DNA of 64,000 bases, taken from positions 35,828,196 through 35,892,195 of the forward strand of contig JAHRHZ010000139.1 of the NCBI GenBank assembly GCA_024137785.1, read 5' to 3'. The position numbers and the translations under genes are program-made. Shown piece after piece: positions 12,274 to 25,989 of this stretch. The DNA comes from Ginglymostoma cirratum (taxonomy: Eukaryota). The notes beneath the pieces are model-generated. The model had not been told where the DNA came from, ran no database searches, and saw only the letters and a list, made by a program, of their open reading frames with translations. How positions within the stretch are numbered: position 1 is the first letter of the stretch; the number at the start of each line of letters is the position of its first letter.

Positions 12274-15200
12274 CGAATTGGGTTGAAATAAAACAAACAG
12301 AATTTACAGGAAATATTCTGAAAGTCGCTTTTCTGGAAACAAGGACAGCTGGATGGTAAAATAAAGGGAACAAGCCTAAGGTGAATGTAATACTGGCAGC
12401 CACAGAATTCTAACTTAGAAGTTAAAATATCAGATGAAATATATTGAAGTCATTTGTCTTTATTTTGTGCCAAATTTATATCCTCCTCTCTGCTGTATTT
12501 TTTGCTGATGTTAGAGTCCAAGGAGCGGATTTGGCTTTGCATCTGGTGAGTTTACACTTAATGATGATACGGGCAAGACATTAAATGGCTCTTGATTAAA
12601 ACAAAAGGTGTCAACATTCCAGGACATTTTTTTACATGGTACCAAGTATCCCATTCTTTTTGATAGAGAGCCTGGAAACTCATGAATTTGGAAAAGGAAA
12701 TCCAACAGGCAGCGGTAAAGCATGGGTCAGGATAGAGTTACATCAACCATTCTGTCTATTCCTCTGGCACTTTCAACTCTGATGGAAAGGGCCACTTCTG
12801 CCTTCTTACATCAAATGGTGATGTTTCCATGCTACCCCGGGGTTTCCACCCTTTATACTCTCCACACTTTTGTGTGGAATATATGATACAAAACTTTATA
12901 AAGAAAAGATAATCAATTCTCAAAAGAGAATCCATTGACCTCCAGAGAAACCTACTTGCTCTTCCAGGAGCAGGGGAGGTGATACACTAAATGTTCTCCC
13001 AGAGGTTCGCCCAACCTCCTCTCTGCCAATCTGACTTTCCAGTTAACAGTTGAGAGAGATACAACTGAGTTATCCTGCTGGCCTGTCACATAGATCCTGG
13101 CAGAGCAGAAACAAATTTGTATGCCATGCAGGTTTCCTTAAACCTATGAAGAAAATGAACTAACCATGGAAACGACCTATTTGTGCCTGACCTGTGTATG
13201 CTGCATCCATAATAAGATCGCCCCAAAAAGGAATGGGAAAAATTGGCATCAATATACAACCTAATGCAAACATGAATGCTGTGGTTCTTTGCTGCAGATT
13301 AGAAGTAAAGACTAGCTCCTGACTACCACGTACAAATTCCCAGCTGCCACTCACTCGAATCCTACCAACAACATTCCTTGAGTTTCAATTTATTCTGCTG
13401 ACTCATGAGAGTTTCACCAGTATTTAATCAAAGCAATAGGTGGAAGCAAACTGGGAAAAGAATCATGTTGTAACAAACTCTTTTTTTAGATGTAGCTGAT
13501 CAAATAGATTATGCCACCCTCCACAAGCAGATCAATCTTGAACCCGGACCTTCGACCCAGAGAAAGGGTCTTTGCCGCTGGATCTCTTAGTGACCAACTC
13601 ATTGAGCAATATGCCTCATTAGTCTTGCCAAGTGTGCAGTATGAACAAAATTGAGAAGGAAATGAAGAAAAATAACCTAGGTATGTGGTCAATCTACAAT
13701 AGAAGGAAATTTAAGAATGCAGAAAGATCCCAGGTTCAATTATAAACTCAATGCCAGAGAGTTTATGTTTTGCTGCAATTGGCAAGCTAGATACAATTGT
13801 CCTTCACAGTTTTCAGAAGTTAAGTTATTGTTGCTTATATAGTCTCAAATTTAAAAATATTCTACCAGTTAAAAGCTAGTGTGATTGTTTACATTTTCCC
13901 CCTGCACTGAAAGATATACCTTGATATATTGAAGAGCAACAACAGAGCGCAGTTTTATTAACGCTGCTAATAATGTGTTACATCCAGAAAAGAAGCAGTT
14001 TAATAGCATTAACCTGTCTGCTACTTGTGAATAACCTGATTATAAATAACTGAAAAGGACTTTTAAAAGTGACACTGGACAGTAGTTTTATTGTTGTGCA
14101 AAAATCTTTTTAAGACTTTGCATCTGAAACAAAGCTAAGAGCCTCCTTTTTTGGTTGCACTTCATGAACACTAACAACAGAAGTCAATGTGGTCAGTATT
14201 CTACATGGGTGGTCGGTTCTGTGGGTGAAGCCAGTTCCCAGCATAGGATTTTTTTTAACCAGTCTGAAAGATCGTGAAACTCAGTTTACAATATATGCTT
14301 AAAATTCCTGTTTTTTTTTTAAAATGCTGGTAAACTAACCACAGGTGAATAGCAGAAACCTTAAGCTAATATGTGTGTCTTTGTCCACATCAGTCCTTAA
14401 AGTAAATGTTTGAGAATTGCCATATATGTTGTTTTCATATTTTAACTCCCCATAATTTGTATTGAGCAGAATATAACGAGAAATTTTGGTCTCTATTTGA
14501 TAATGGGGATCATCTCTGTCTTGATGCCGGATCAGATTTCAAGCACAATATTGATCTGTCATTTCGTTTGTTTTAAATCACAAACTTAATCAGGCACCAC
14601 TTCTATTTTTACTTCAGGAAGAAATCTGCAATAAATCATTGTTGATTTGTAATGTCCAAGATCTCCAGTTTCAGGATAATTAACAAGCCTAGCAAGTTCA
14701 TTGCTTCTGTTTTACTTCCTGAAATTTGGGACTACTCATCATATCAGAAACAGCCATGTCCTCCAAGCATAAAGTTTCAGAATAATATTATTTATAACAT
14801 AATTCACACTAATTAAAAAGTTTGTATGATAGCAGATGGATCTGTTAAAGATAATGCACTAATGAAAGAGCTCCATCTGCTACAGTAGACACCTTTACAC
14901 AAGAAGCAAATATGTAAGCAATGGTGCATTGACAATTATCTTACATAATGTGAAAAGGTCATTTTTGCCTGTTCATGTGAAGCACATTTTTGTAGCAATG
15001 GGAGAATTTGTAATCCATCACTTTTACTTCCAAACAAATTTCTGATAACAAGCCTCGTGAGAAGAAAAAACTAAAAATAGATACCGCGTTAACGTCAAAG
15101 AAAACAGAAGGTAGTGAAATGTGGGCGAGAAATGATAAATTCAACAAATTAAAATTAAAATTAACAGGTATGGGAGAGAAGCAAAGAAGGAAGCTGAAAT

Positions 15201-15274
15201 AATGAGAAAATGGATCCAGCCTGTCGATCAAATAGCAAACATACATGAATAATTGGTAAAGTAAATGTAAGATC

Positions 15275-15487
15275 TCAGTAGTCTTACTAGACCATTGAGC
15301 TGCTGTCTCATTAGAGAGACAGCTGGTGGTGGTTTAACCTAAGGGTCATCACATCTCACGCAAAGGAAGAGGTCAAGAAGGAGAATCCTTCTTGGTAACC
15401 TCAGCTGATGCTGCAATGAAACCCACACTGTTGACATGACTCTGAATTGCAAGCCAGCCATCCAGTCTACTGAGTTAACTGACCCCA
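15275..15487 (-). mobile_element. tRNA-derived SINE (different family)
   Basis: Minus strand begins ggggtcagttaactcagtagactgg... with a degenerate B box (gtgggtttcatt). About 210 bp. Confidence 0.5.
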
Positions 15488-16889
15488 GCAGACCTAGGTA
15501 TACCTGCCATTGATATAAACTTACCCATGATGCAAAATAATCTCACATTGACATACTGATTGTCACATTTTTATATGTTGTCTTTCAATTATAAAGTATC
15601 CATATTTATTATGGAAATATCTATATAAATTCAAATCTCTTTGCGCAATCTGGCCTAAAGGGCCTTGGCAGCTCTCTTTTCTCAGAGTACTTCCCAAAAA
15701 TTGATTTGATCCAACAACTTTTCCTGAGTAATTGAAATTTCTAATGTCCAAAATAAGCATTTAACCAAAATCAAATATTACATGTTTTACAATAATATCA
15801 TTAAAGTTATCTATTAAATTATCTGTTGTGTTCCTCACATTATTTTGTTTCATGGCCTCTCATTCACCAAAAGCTTGGGAATAGAGTTGATGGTCTTGAA
15901 ATTTCACAGTGTTAGAAGTGCAACATATGCAGAAATTCTAGAAAAACTAAGAAGAACTGAAGCAAAACCAATTTCAGCCTTCACAAATGGCTTCTATTCA
16001 ATTTCAAACCGACATAATGGGTGAAAATTGGGAAACTCCCACAGAACAATTGGGTCAATATTTTGGCTCAGGGCTGCTCAGTTATATAGTTTGGGTATGT
16101 GCAGTCTGCCTAATTTTATGGATTGCAAAACTTTAGTTCAAGGAACTATACTAAGGAATCTTTATTTTCTTTAGCTTCAAAAGCTTTCAAAATTATTTAA
16201 AAAGAAAAGTTAAAGGCTAAATTTCAAGAACAAGTCTGGTTGAAGTAAAAAAAAAGGGACATTTTAATCTGTGTGTGACAGAGCAAGAGGGAAAACATGA
16301 CAGTGATTGCAAGCCTCTGGAACCTTCACTGCATGTGTTAAAAACAGTGAAATGAATGAGTGGTTAGCATCAAAGGCAAAGACAGGAAGGTCATGGTTGG
16401 GGTGGGCCGCAAACAAATAAATATGAGAGAGAAGCATTTCTCTTCATGTAGTGTTGCTTCAATTGTCACAAACAAAAAACTAAAATTTGAAGCCAACTAA
16501 TTACCTACCACATGCTTTATTGACAGTAATATCTGTGCTAATGGATTCTAACTATGAGACAAAGAAGCTAATTTAAACATTTACAAAATACAAATCAAAA
16601 AAAAACATTATTTCACCATTTTAACATATATTAATGCTTGCTTTTGAAAATAAAGTGACTTTCAGGAAAGGAAACAGGGAGGAAGGATTGGAAGGGTGGA
16701 GGTGTGGATGAGGCGGCTTGAAATTGAGGAAGTCCTTCACTTTGCCAACAGAAGTATTGAGTACAACCGGCACTGCAAACAATGGCATGGTCACCGTCAA
16801 ATTAGCAGTGGTTCGTTGAAGGCTGCAATGGGTGACGTCAACTGTATGTCAGTTAACACCACAATGATATATCAAGGAAGTCATCAGGG

Positions 16890-17490
16890 ATCTCCATGTC
16901 TTGTTAAAAATAATGGGCTCATAATCAATCGGGAACTGGTGACCTGGCAATATCTGTGGAGAGAAATTGGGGAGATCATGCCTGACAAGTCTCTTAGAAT
17001 TCTTTGAGGATGTAACAAGCAAGTTAGACAAAGCAGAGGCAGTGGACATGATCTATTTCCAGAAGGCCTTTGATAAGGTGCCGCACAGGAATCTGCTAAA
17101 TAAGAGCCCGTGGTGTTTAGGGCAAGGCAGTGGCATGGGTAGAGAATTGGCTGACTGGCAGAAGGCAGAAACTAGTGATAAAGGGGTCTTTTCCAGGATG
17201 GCAGCAGGTGACTAGTGGACTTCCAGAGGGGTCAGTGTTGGGATGACAACCTTTTACATTATACATTAATGATCTGGATGAAGGAACTGAGGGCATTGAA
17301 CTCATTGCCATGGAAGGCTGTGGAGACCAAGTTATTGAATGTATTTAGGATAGAGATAGATTTTTAGTGAGGGGATCAAGTGTTATTATGAAAAGGCAGA
17401 AAAATGAGATTGAGAAACATATCAGCATTATCGAAAGGTGGAGAAGACTCAATGGGCTGCATGGTCTATTTCTTCTCCTACATCTTATCG
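16890..17490 (+). mobile_element. CR1 LINE RT/3' fragments
   Basis: GRSCLTSLLEFFEDVTSKLDKAEAVDMIYFQKAFDKVPH. Confidence 0.8.
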
Positions 17491-17677
17491 TCTGTGGGTC
17501 ACCAAATCACAGTAAAAAAACTTTGTTGCCTTTAAAAGAGATTTCAATTCTTCACTTTTAAAGGACTAAATTTGGAACTTCCTCATAAGTTGCTCCATCA
17601 TAGACTGCCTTAAAGACTGGACCTGCACTACCCTAGAATCTTGAGGCTGTACTTCAGCTTATACTCATGGTACAATC

Positions 17678-18276
17678 TGCTATGGACCAGACAAAACACC
17701 ATCAAAGTATATTCAGAAGATTGCTTAGACCCCAACTTTTTCTTATTTTTAAAGGCAAGTGTAATGTGTTGTGTTCCAGATGCAATTCGATTAATCAAAC
17801 TAAGATGCTTGGAGCAAAACACACTTTATTATTGCACTATAGTTAAAACAAACAAAAGAAAGAAGAATTGGAATAACATAACTCTATTGCAAAACTTAAC
17901 AGAATAATTGATAATTGAACTACTAAACAGCAACTGTTCTGATACAGTAATATCCCGTAAACACACCCTTGGTAAAGGCAGATTCTGTAAACTAGATTAT
18001 CTCACATGCAAGGATGACGAGTATAGTCAGGAGAGATATATAGCAGCTTCCAAACCACAACAGCAACTGAAAGTTAAGCTAAAATGCTGGCTCTGTGGGA
18101 GCTTGACTCCATCCATTCATGCTGCTTCTATTGTTCCAACTTTTAAAAAAAACCCGATGCCTCACAAGCTGTTTACTTTATTGGCTTAGAGCAGACCACT
18201 TATTACCTCTGTCTCAAGTTTTCTCCATTAAAAAAAACAGGTCAAAACACATCTCTTAAAGAACAGTATTATTGCA
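17678..18276 (-). mobile_element. Solo LTR (599 bp)
   Basis: TG...CA termini with 4-bp TSD aatc (17674-17677 / 18277-18280). tttatt near 17825 gives a minus-strand AATAAA. Confidence 0.65.
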
Positions 18277-18869
18277 AATCCTAGCTGGTTGCCTACAGAC
18301 ACCTACCTTTACTAAACCAGCACTGCCAGTGTGTTTCTTTGAGCTTCAATCTTGCTCAGTTATACAAAGCACATACCACACGTGGACTTCCTTCACTACA
18401 CTCTCAGCCGTATTGAACTATTACTGGCATTTGGGGTTTCATCTCAACTCCCACTTGTCCTGTCACTTCTCAGAGCATTTTCCCGAGACCTAACTCCAAC
18501 TCTTAGCTGCACCTACCACCTCCCAGACTTTTTCGGTGCCCCAACTGCCCTGAGCCTGCTAGAGCAGCAAACCTTTCAGGCTGGAGCTCCTCCTGCCTGG
18601 TGTCTGACTTCCTGACCCATCACCTGGCTTCCCTGCCTTGTGGTCTGATTTGCCTGTCTGTCCCAGGTCTCCCTTCTCAAGTTCCTGAAGCCCATAGGTG
18701 TGCACTCCTGATGTCTCAGATGGCCAGGCTGTTTAACTGCAAAACACGGTAAAGGTCAGGCACAGCTTCCCCTGCAGCTGCTCTGAGCATGCAGCAGACA
18801 TTGTAGTCTACCAGAAAATGGAATCCTTGCTGGAGCCCAAAACAAGATAAATTCAGGGTTCATAACAAC

Positions 18870-19060
18870 ACAGAGTCATTGAGTCATAGAGATGTGCAGC
18901 ACGAAAAGAGACTCTTCGGTCCAACTTGTCCATGCTGACCAGCTATCCTAAATTAATCTATTCCCATTTGGCAGCATTTGGCCCGTATCCCTCTAAACCC
19001 TTTGTATTCATATACCCATGCAGATGCCTTTTAAATGTCGTAATCGTACCAGCCTCCACC
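18870..19060 (-). mobile_element. CR1 (HER1-like) 3' end
   Basis: VEAGTITTFKRHLHGYMNTKGLEGYGPNAAKW; homologous to about 10470-10660. Confidence 0.8.
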
Positions 19061-21382
19061 CACACTCTGCCTTGTCTCCTCCACATCAGTAGGCTGGAAT
19101 ATTTCTCCATCACAAGGGATTCCATTCCCTCAATCGACAACTGGTTTAGAATGACAGACTGTGCATCATGAAGATCAATGCTCATTATCCTGACAGCAGT
19201 CACAAGTATGTCGATGTGTGCCGGGCATCTCTGCTGCCTTTATATGAAATATAGATTTTAGATCTCCAGCTGGCTATTGGACAAGTCTCCCTTCTATGCG
19301 TTGGTTCTTGATTCCTTTTAACAGCCTGTGCATTGCTGCACTGGAGGGAAAGAGTGCTACATGGAGCATTAACAAGCCAGTAGGTGGATTACTCAAGCAT
19401 TGCTTCTAATACCCAGATTGTTTGGAGGAGCTTTGCAGCAAACACTGCAGCAGGCTTTCAAAAATGTGGAAAATCATCCTATCATGTACCCATTTTCAAT
19501 GAGTGGCCACTAGCCACCCAATTTTCCACCATTTCCTGCTGCAGTAACTCTTTAGTATTAAAATCTGACAGAAAGCCCCAGGAAGTTAAAATCCAGCCCT
19601 GAGACTTGCTCTGATCTGCTGGTTATGGAATTATTTTCTTCTAACTGAAACTTACTGATTTAGGTGATCAGTTCAGATCTGTTACATATTTACACCATTA
19701 GATTGAGGATATGAATCTCAATGATTCTATAAATCAACAGTTATTACTTAGGACAGGTTGAATAAGTAACCTGGCAGTACCATTTCAAAATAAACTTGTT
19801 TATTTTGACAGTTGTTAAGAAGGTTGCAGAGAAACCTAACAATGGCTCTCCCTCAAGAGGCACACAAGAAACAGATGTCAGTGAAAAGAATGGCATTGAC
19901 TTCGAGACTTTCAGTAACGGTTCATCAAAACAGTGACAATAATGGGAGAAGTAAATTGTATACCAAGGAAAGGTGCAAGGAGTGCGAGAGAGCGTAGGGC
20001 AGAGACAAAACACAGCATGGATATAATTCACAATAGCAAAAATAAAGTCTGTGCCAGTCAGCAGAAAGAGATGAAAGGATATGTAAATTGGGCAGGGATC
20101 ATTATTTAACACAATAATAGTAAGAAATGTGTAGATATTAATTGGACTCAAAGGATCCTCTTTCCATTTATTGCCAGTTTTGTGGCAGATTTTTGGAGAA
20201 TGGTGGGAAAGTAAAAAAATGGGACAGAGGCTAATTATTGATGGAACGGCAAATCTCTACAGCAATATTGTGTTGTCCTTGATGGCATTCACAAGAACTG
20301 CCACAATTGAACTTACAAATTTGATAAAACTGATAATTCAATGCCAGTCAACGATATTTGTCCTTGAAGGTGAACTATTGAAATTCATTAACTGAAGGTA
20401 GTAAATTGTTCTGAGACATTTTAAAAGTTTAAACTTGATTTTTTTCTTTTACTTTTTCTTTCTTATTAAGGGCCTATACCTAGGGTTTTAAAGGATGTGG
20501 CTACAGAGATGGTGGGGACATTAGTCGAAATATTCAGGAACTGCATGGATTCTGGGAGGGTTCCAATGATTTGGAAAAACTTATATAAAGACACCCTTGT
20601 TCAAGGAGAGTGGGAGACAGAAAGCAGGAAATTATAGGTCAATTAGCATTTCCCCAATGATAGATATATGGTTAAAGTCCACTATTCAAGAAGAAACAGG
20701 GAATTTAGAAAAAGGTTTATGTAATCAAACAAATTCAACATGGTTTTGAGAAAGGGAAATCATGGTTGACAAATTTGAGGATATAATAAGCAGAGCTGAT
20801 AATGGGAACTGGTAGATATAGAGGATTTCAATTTCGAGAAGGCATTTAATAAGGTGCCTCATAAAAGACGATTGCACAAGATTGGAGCTCCCGCTACTGG
20901 GGATACTGTATTAACATGTATCGAGGATTGGTTAACACAGATGACAGCAAGAGTTTGTATTAATGGGTCTGTTTCAGTTTTAGAAAGGCATAACGAGTGG
21001 AAGGCACATGGATTAGTTCTAAGGCCTTAAATATTTACTATCTTTATTAGTATGTTGGAGGAGGGGGCAGACTGTGATGTATCCAGATTTGCTGATAATC
21101 CAAAATTATGTGGGAGGGCATGTTGTGATGAGGACATAAAGAATCTGTAAGGGGATATAGACAGGGTGAGTGAGTGGGCAAAAACCTGGGAAATGAAGAT
21201 TTCTGTAAGAAAGTGCGAGGTCTTGCACTTTGGTAGGAAGGCAAAAAAGGCACACCACTATTTAAATGGAGAGAAATATCAAGAAAATGCTGCACAGAAC
21301 GATTTGGATGCTCTTGTGCATGAAACACAAAACATTAGCAAGCAAGTGCCGCAAGTAATTAAGACAACAAATTGAATTTTGG

Positions 21383-21633
21383 ATAACAAGGTGTAGAGCT
21401 GGATGAACACAGCAGGCCAAGTAGCATCAGAGGAGCAGGAAAGCTGACGTTTCGGGTCTCGACCCTTCTTCAGAAAAAAAAGAACAAGTCACTGCACAGT
21501 TCATTCCGAAGAAGGGTCTAGATCCGAAACGTCAGCTTTCCTGCTCCGCTGATGCTGCTTGGCCTGCTGTGTTCAGCCAGCTCTACACCTTGTTATCTCA
21601 GATTCTCCAGCATCGGCAGTTCCTACTATCTCT
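21383..21633. mobile_element. Palindromic PLE-end element
   Basis: Inverted arms around a spacer of about 28 bp. TSD aaattgaattttgg (21369-21382) / aaattgaagtttgg (21634-21647). Confidence 0.9.
21446..21473 (-). ncRNA. Minimal type-I hammerhead ribozyme motif, core intact
   Basis: CUGAAGA-A-GGGUC-GA-GACCC-GAAA-CG-UC: CUGANGA and GAAA boxes, helix II, palindromic ACGU helix III and GUC cleavage triplet. Helix I is very short. Confidence 0.6.
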
Positions 21634-22949
21634 AAATTGAAGTTTGGCCTCTGTTGATAGTGGCTGGAGTTTAACAGGCAAGTTTTATTGTCCCTGTAAT
21701 GGGTATTGGTGAGGCTGCACCTGAAATAATTTGCACAGTTTTGTTCCCTTTATTTAAGAAAGAATAGTGGTATTGGAAACCGTTCAAAGGAGATTCACCA
21801 GACTGATTTTGGAATGAAGCAGTTGACTTACCAAGAATGGATAAGCAGGTTAGGCCTTTATTCATTAGAGTTTAGAAGAATGAGGAGTGATCTTATTGAA
21901 ACATATGAGATTCTAAGGAGGCTCGACGAGGGTAGACATTGAGAAGATATTTCCACTAGTGGGGGGAGTCTTGAACTAGGATAGCTACAGATTAAATTGA
22001 CTTCATTTAAAACAGACATGTGCAGAATTTCTTTTCCCAGATGGCAGTAGATGTTTGGAATTTTCTACCCCAGACAGTTACAGAGGCTCTCTAAAAGTAT
22101 TGTGAAAGATCAAGGAGTTGACATCCATACTGAGTTGGCATTAAAGAGGACTTGAAGCTTGGGGCAGATCAACCATCATCTTTTTAAAGAGCAGGACAGG
22201 CTTGAGGGGCTGAATGGACTATTCCAGCTCCTGTTTATGTTCTTATGGCTCTTCTTTTTCTCTCTCAATCCAAATGGCTCCAACCTTAATTCTCCTTCTG
22301 TCATCCCTCTTTTAAACCTCTTTCTAAAATTGTTAAATCTCATTGGTTAAGATGAATGTTGGTTCTATCATAAAGTCCGAGATGCATTAAATCACACCAT
22401 TATCAGCTTACATTTCCAGGAAGTTAGAATATAAATTATATTTGAGCTGAAGGCTGTAAGGAAAGCTGACATTATGTGACTAAACTTCACTCCAGCAAGA
22501 TCTGGCCATCACGTTCTGCTTTGGCAATTATGCCAACTCAAATATTTTGCAAGCATGCCCTCACTTAACTTTCCAAATCATTCTCTCTGTGGGCCATCAG
22601 TGCTAACAAAAAGTCACGAGACCAACAAGTCTGTCGACTTTCCTATTGTTCTTTTCATGACTCTGTCACACCTTAGTACCTACTATTGTCGTTTAATCTT
22701 AATTTCTTGTTCTCCTTGATATTGTATCCAATACAGTGGAGTCAAATGTCCAAAGCTTTCCTGCAGGTTTCACAAAGACACTAATATGGCAGTTCTGTGT
22801 CATAATCTGTGCTTTGATTTCCTCTTACACAAGGTAAAGGATTAGAAGGTAATCTGCTTCTCGTGCAGGACATAACACAAGTCAAAAAGCATTCCTTTGT
22901 GGAACAATGACACATGTAGGAAACGAAATAACAGATATTAATATCCCAC

Positions 22950-23340
22950 TTATTGGCACCCCATTCAGAAACTTAAACAATCATTCCCTCCGCTACAGGT
23001 ACACAATGACAGTACTATGTAGTATTTACAGGGTGCACTGCAGCATTTCACCAAAGCCTCTCCAGCAACATCTTCCATGTGACCTCGAACACCTAAGACA
23101 AGAACAGTTTACAGATGGAACACCAGCACCTGCAAGTTCCCTACGAAGCTAAACATCTTATTTGGAATAATTTCATCATTTCTTCACTGTCACTGGGTCA
23201 TAAAACCTGAATCATTCTATCCAACACACTTATATCACAGGCACTGCAGCAGTTCAAGAAGGTGACTTACTACCAACTTCTCATTGGCTATTAGGGATGG
23301 CAACAAATGGTGAACTTATTAGTAATGAACACATCCTCCT
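22950..23340 (+). mobile_element. 3' fragment of the SINE-headed LINE family
   Basis: Matches about 46120-46520 (tgcactgcagc, caagttccc, cttcactgtcactgggtc, gcagttcaagaagg). Confidence 0.7.
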
Positions 23341-23797
23341 GGAAGTATATAAAAACATCATCTAAGTCTTATACTGTGTTCCTGCAATGTACACCTGTGA
23401 CCAAAGAAACATTTTCTGATGAAGGAAGACAGTTTGAAGGGTACCAAAGCATTTCCAGTGCATTGGTGGTAAGTTGTAGATGGTAATCAATGGATCGAGA
23501 GAGAGGTGACTGCAAGTGGAAAACATGCTTAAGACAGCACACAGTTACAAGGTAAGTCTACTTCATATTTCCTTGGCTGACTTGTAAGCTAACTGAACAA
23601 TTACCAACATTGAACAAAAAAGTTTGTGGAAGCCACAATTTTTCATTTGGATCATACCTTCTTTTTTTGAGCCTTGTTTACTCAGGGTGAAGAGAAAGAG
23701 GCTCCTTTGCTGGACATCTTGACCACATTTCAAATCAAGAGTAAATTAGGGTTCAGTGACCTAAAGAACCACAGAACTCAGACATTGCATTAAACTT

Positions 23798-23900
23798 AGA
23801 TAACAAGGTGTGGTCCTGGATGAACAAAGCAGGCCAAGCAGCATCAGAGGAGCAGGAAAGCTAATGTTTTGGGCCTAGACCCTTCTTCAGAAATGGGGGA
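23798..23900 (-). mobile_element. Isolated PLE family-1 3' terminus with decayed hammerhead
   Basis: Matches about 4415-4518. Confidence 0.85.
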
Positions 23901-25989
23901 TTTTTAATACAGAAAAGTTGCCTTTGCCCTTCCAGCTTCTCCCAACCAGAAACACCCAACTTCACAGTGAATTCCCTACAGAGTATAAATTGCAATCAGA
24001 ACCTATCCTAAATATTTAATCAGAACCACCAAGTAAAATTCAGCTGTCAATATGGGATCATACCAGTGATCAGAAGTATAAACTGTGTGTTCTGTTGTAA
24101 GAACTCACTAACATAGACCACCTATTCCAATATCATCATATGTTTTGCAGAGTTTTATAATGAGACATCTTTCCCCTTTAAGGTCACCATGCTACTTCAT
24201 TTTATGGATTTTTTTTCCCTCAAACTTCCACTTTCAGTGACCACATTCTCAAGCCATTTTCTATGAATAAACTATTTCACCACACTCCCTGAAACAGCAC
24301 TTGCATTTTGATGGAGTTTCTTCATGTCAGTTGGTTTGTTTCAATCAGTGGAAGATAATTTGGACTTATTGAAAGTAAAATGGTTAATGTTTGATTGATA
24401 ATCCATTTAATTTGCATGATTCCAAGTAATGTCCAATTGAATGGATTCACTTGCTCCTAGCAGTCAATAAAAAGCTAAAAAGAGTCAGTAAATCAATCAA
24501 CACCTGAACAGAATCTGCATAATTGATCTGTAATTACTTTTCCAATACCTTCAATAACAACAAGTTAATTATCAGCTTATCAAGTTGAGTTAAATACTTT
24601 TATGTTATAGCAATACAATAAATGTTCAAATCATGATATAGATCTTAACACCATATTCTTTTGATATTTTCAATATTCACTTTGTGAGGTGAAAAATCCA
24701 TATGTGGCTTCAAACTAGAGTGACTTTCCCTCCTTTCTATAAAGTGACTGTTTGGCCTCTTAATTAACCAATTATCCCTGGCTGCAATGCTGAGAACTGG
24801 AGGCGGTATTTTCCCAGATGACCACCCCTGGTACCTTGTGGTATTTGCCTTCACCCCATTTCCATCTCAAGCTTTTATAAATCTGGGTAAAGATTATTTG
24901 AGGTAGTTCATTAGCACCAAATCACCTTTGTCTTTGGCATATCTAGTGATTAGCAGTAAATATCTCACCACAGAGCATCCATAAAGGAAGCACTATCCTT
25001 AGATAACAAAAAGATTTATGGTACGATAAAAATAAATAAAATTACATTTGGTTAGGCATAATCACTGGAATCTTAGGGAGCTGGTTTAGATATATGTCGT
25101 CCCTTGAAAAACTAGAATGGGTGGAGACAAGGAGTTCTACACATTGTGACATCATAGAATGAGTGGAGCCAATGCAAAATGAACATTAACCCTTTCAGAC
25201 TTGTATATAACACCAGACCTATGCAAGAGATTCAAGCCTCCAAACTTGAATTCTACTGCCCTTCTGCCATGAGATGTTTAAAAACATTTCATTAAATGCT
25301 ATTGCAATCTAAAGTTCAGGATGTTTTCTCATAATAAATACACTTTTAAGGAGAGAGAGCCATTCTATAATTCACATCACCACTGACTTTGTTGCCTGCA
25401 CAGCATAATATAATCCCTGCTGTCCCTATCATGAATTCAGGAAGGTAACAAATATTTCAGATTGCCTTTGATGCTGTGCTTGCAAATGAAGCTTGTGTTT
25501 CTCATCACTCCATTTGAAAATTCTGACAACTGGCTGCGTAAATTAGTTCTATTTTTGCTGTCATGCAAACGTAAATAAAATACTGAATTCATTTTCCAGA
25601 AGTTGCATGAAAGAATCAAAACCAATCCTTTTGCCATGATCCTATTAAATCGCAGAGCAGGCTCTGGAGGTGCTGAATGGTTTTCTCCAGATTCTAATTC
25701 TTCTTGTCTTATGAGCTTTTCTTCAAGATTGACGATTTTCGATTTTACGCTGGCAAACGAACAGTTTCAGCACACGATGAATTTTTGCTTTCTTTCTGTT
25801 AGCTCTGTGACAAAATAATCTTGTATTATGTCAAAGGCTTTCCACTACAGCAATTCACCTTAGCAGGATTTTGTGTTTGTTATGTCAGTGCATCCCGCAA
25901 ACTATTAGTAATTACAAGCTGTTTGAGTATTGGTAAAGTTTACTGGCAATGCAAAATAAACTGGGAGATGAAGCTTTAATTTAAAGTTA

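Larger units (their letters stand above)
20470..22245 (+). mobile_element. CR1 LINE ORF2 3' half, decayed, interrupted at 21383-21633
   Basis: EWAKTWEMKISVRKCEVLHFGRK; RT motifs gcatttaataaggtgcctc and tttgctgataat; CR1 tail. Confidence 0.8.

Noticed and set aside
22767-22833. Possible + strand exon (ctgcag|67 nt|gtaaag; GFTKTLIWQFCVIICALISSYTR)
   Set aside because: No homology recognised and no phase-consistent partner established. Such splice-like pairs are expected by chance.
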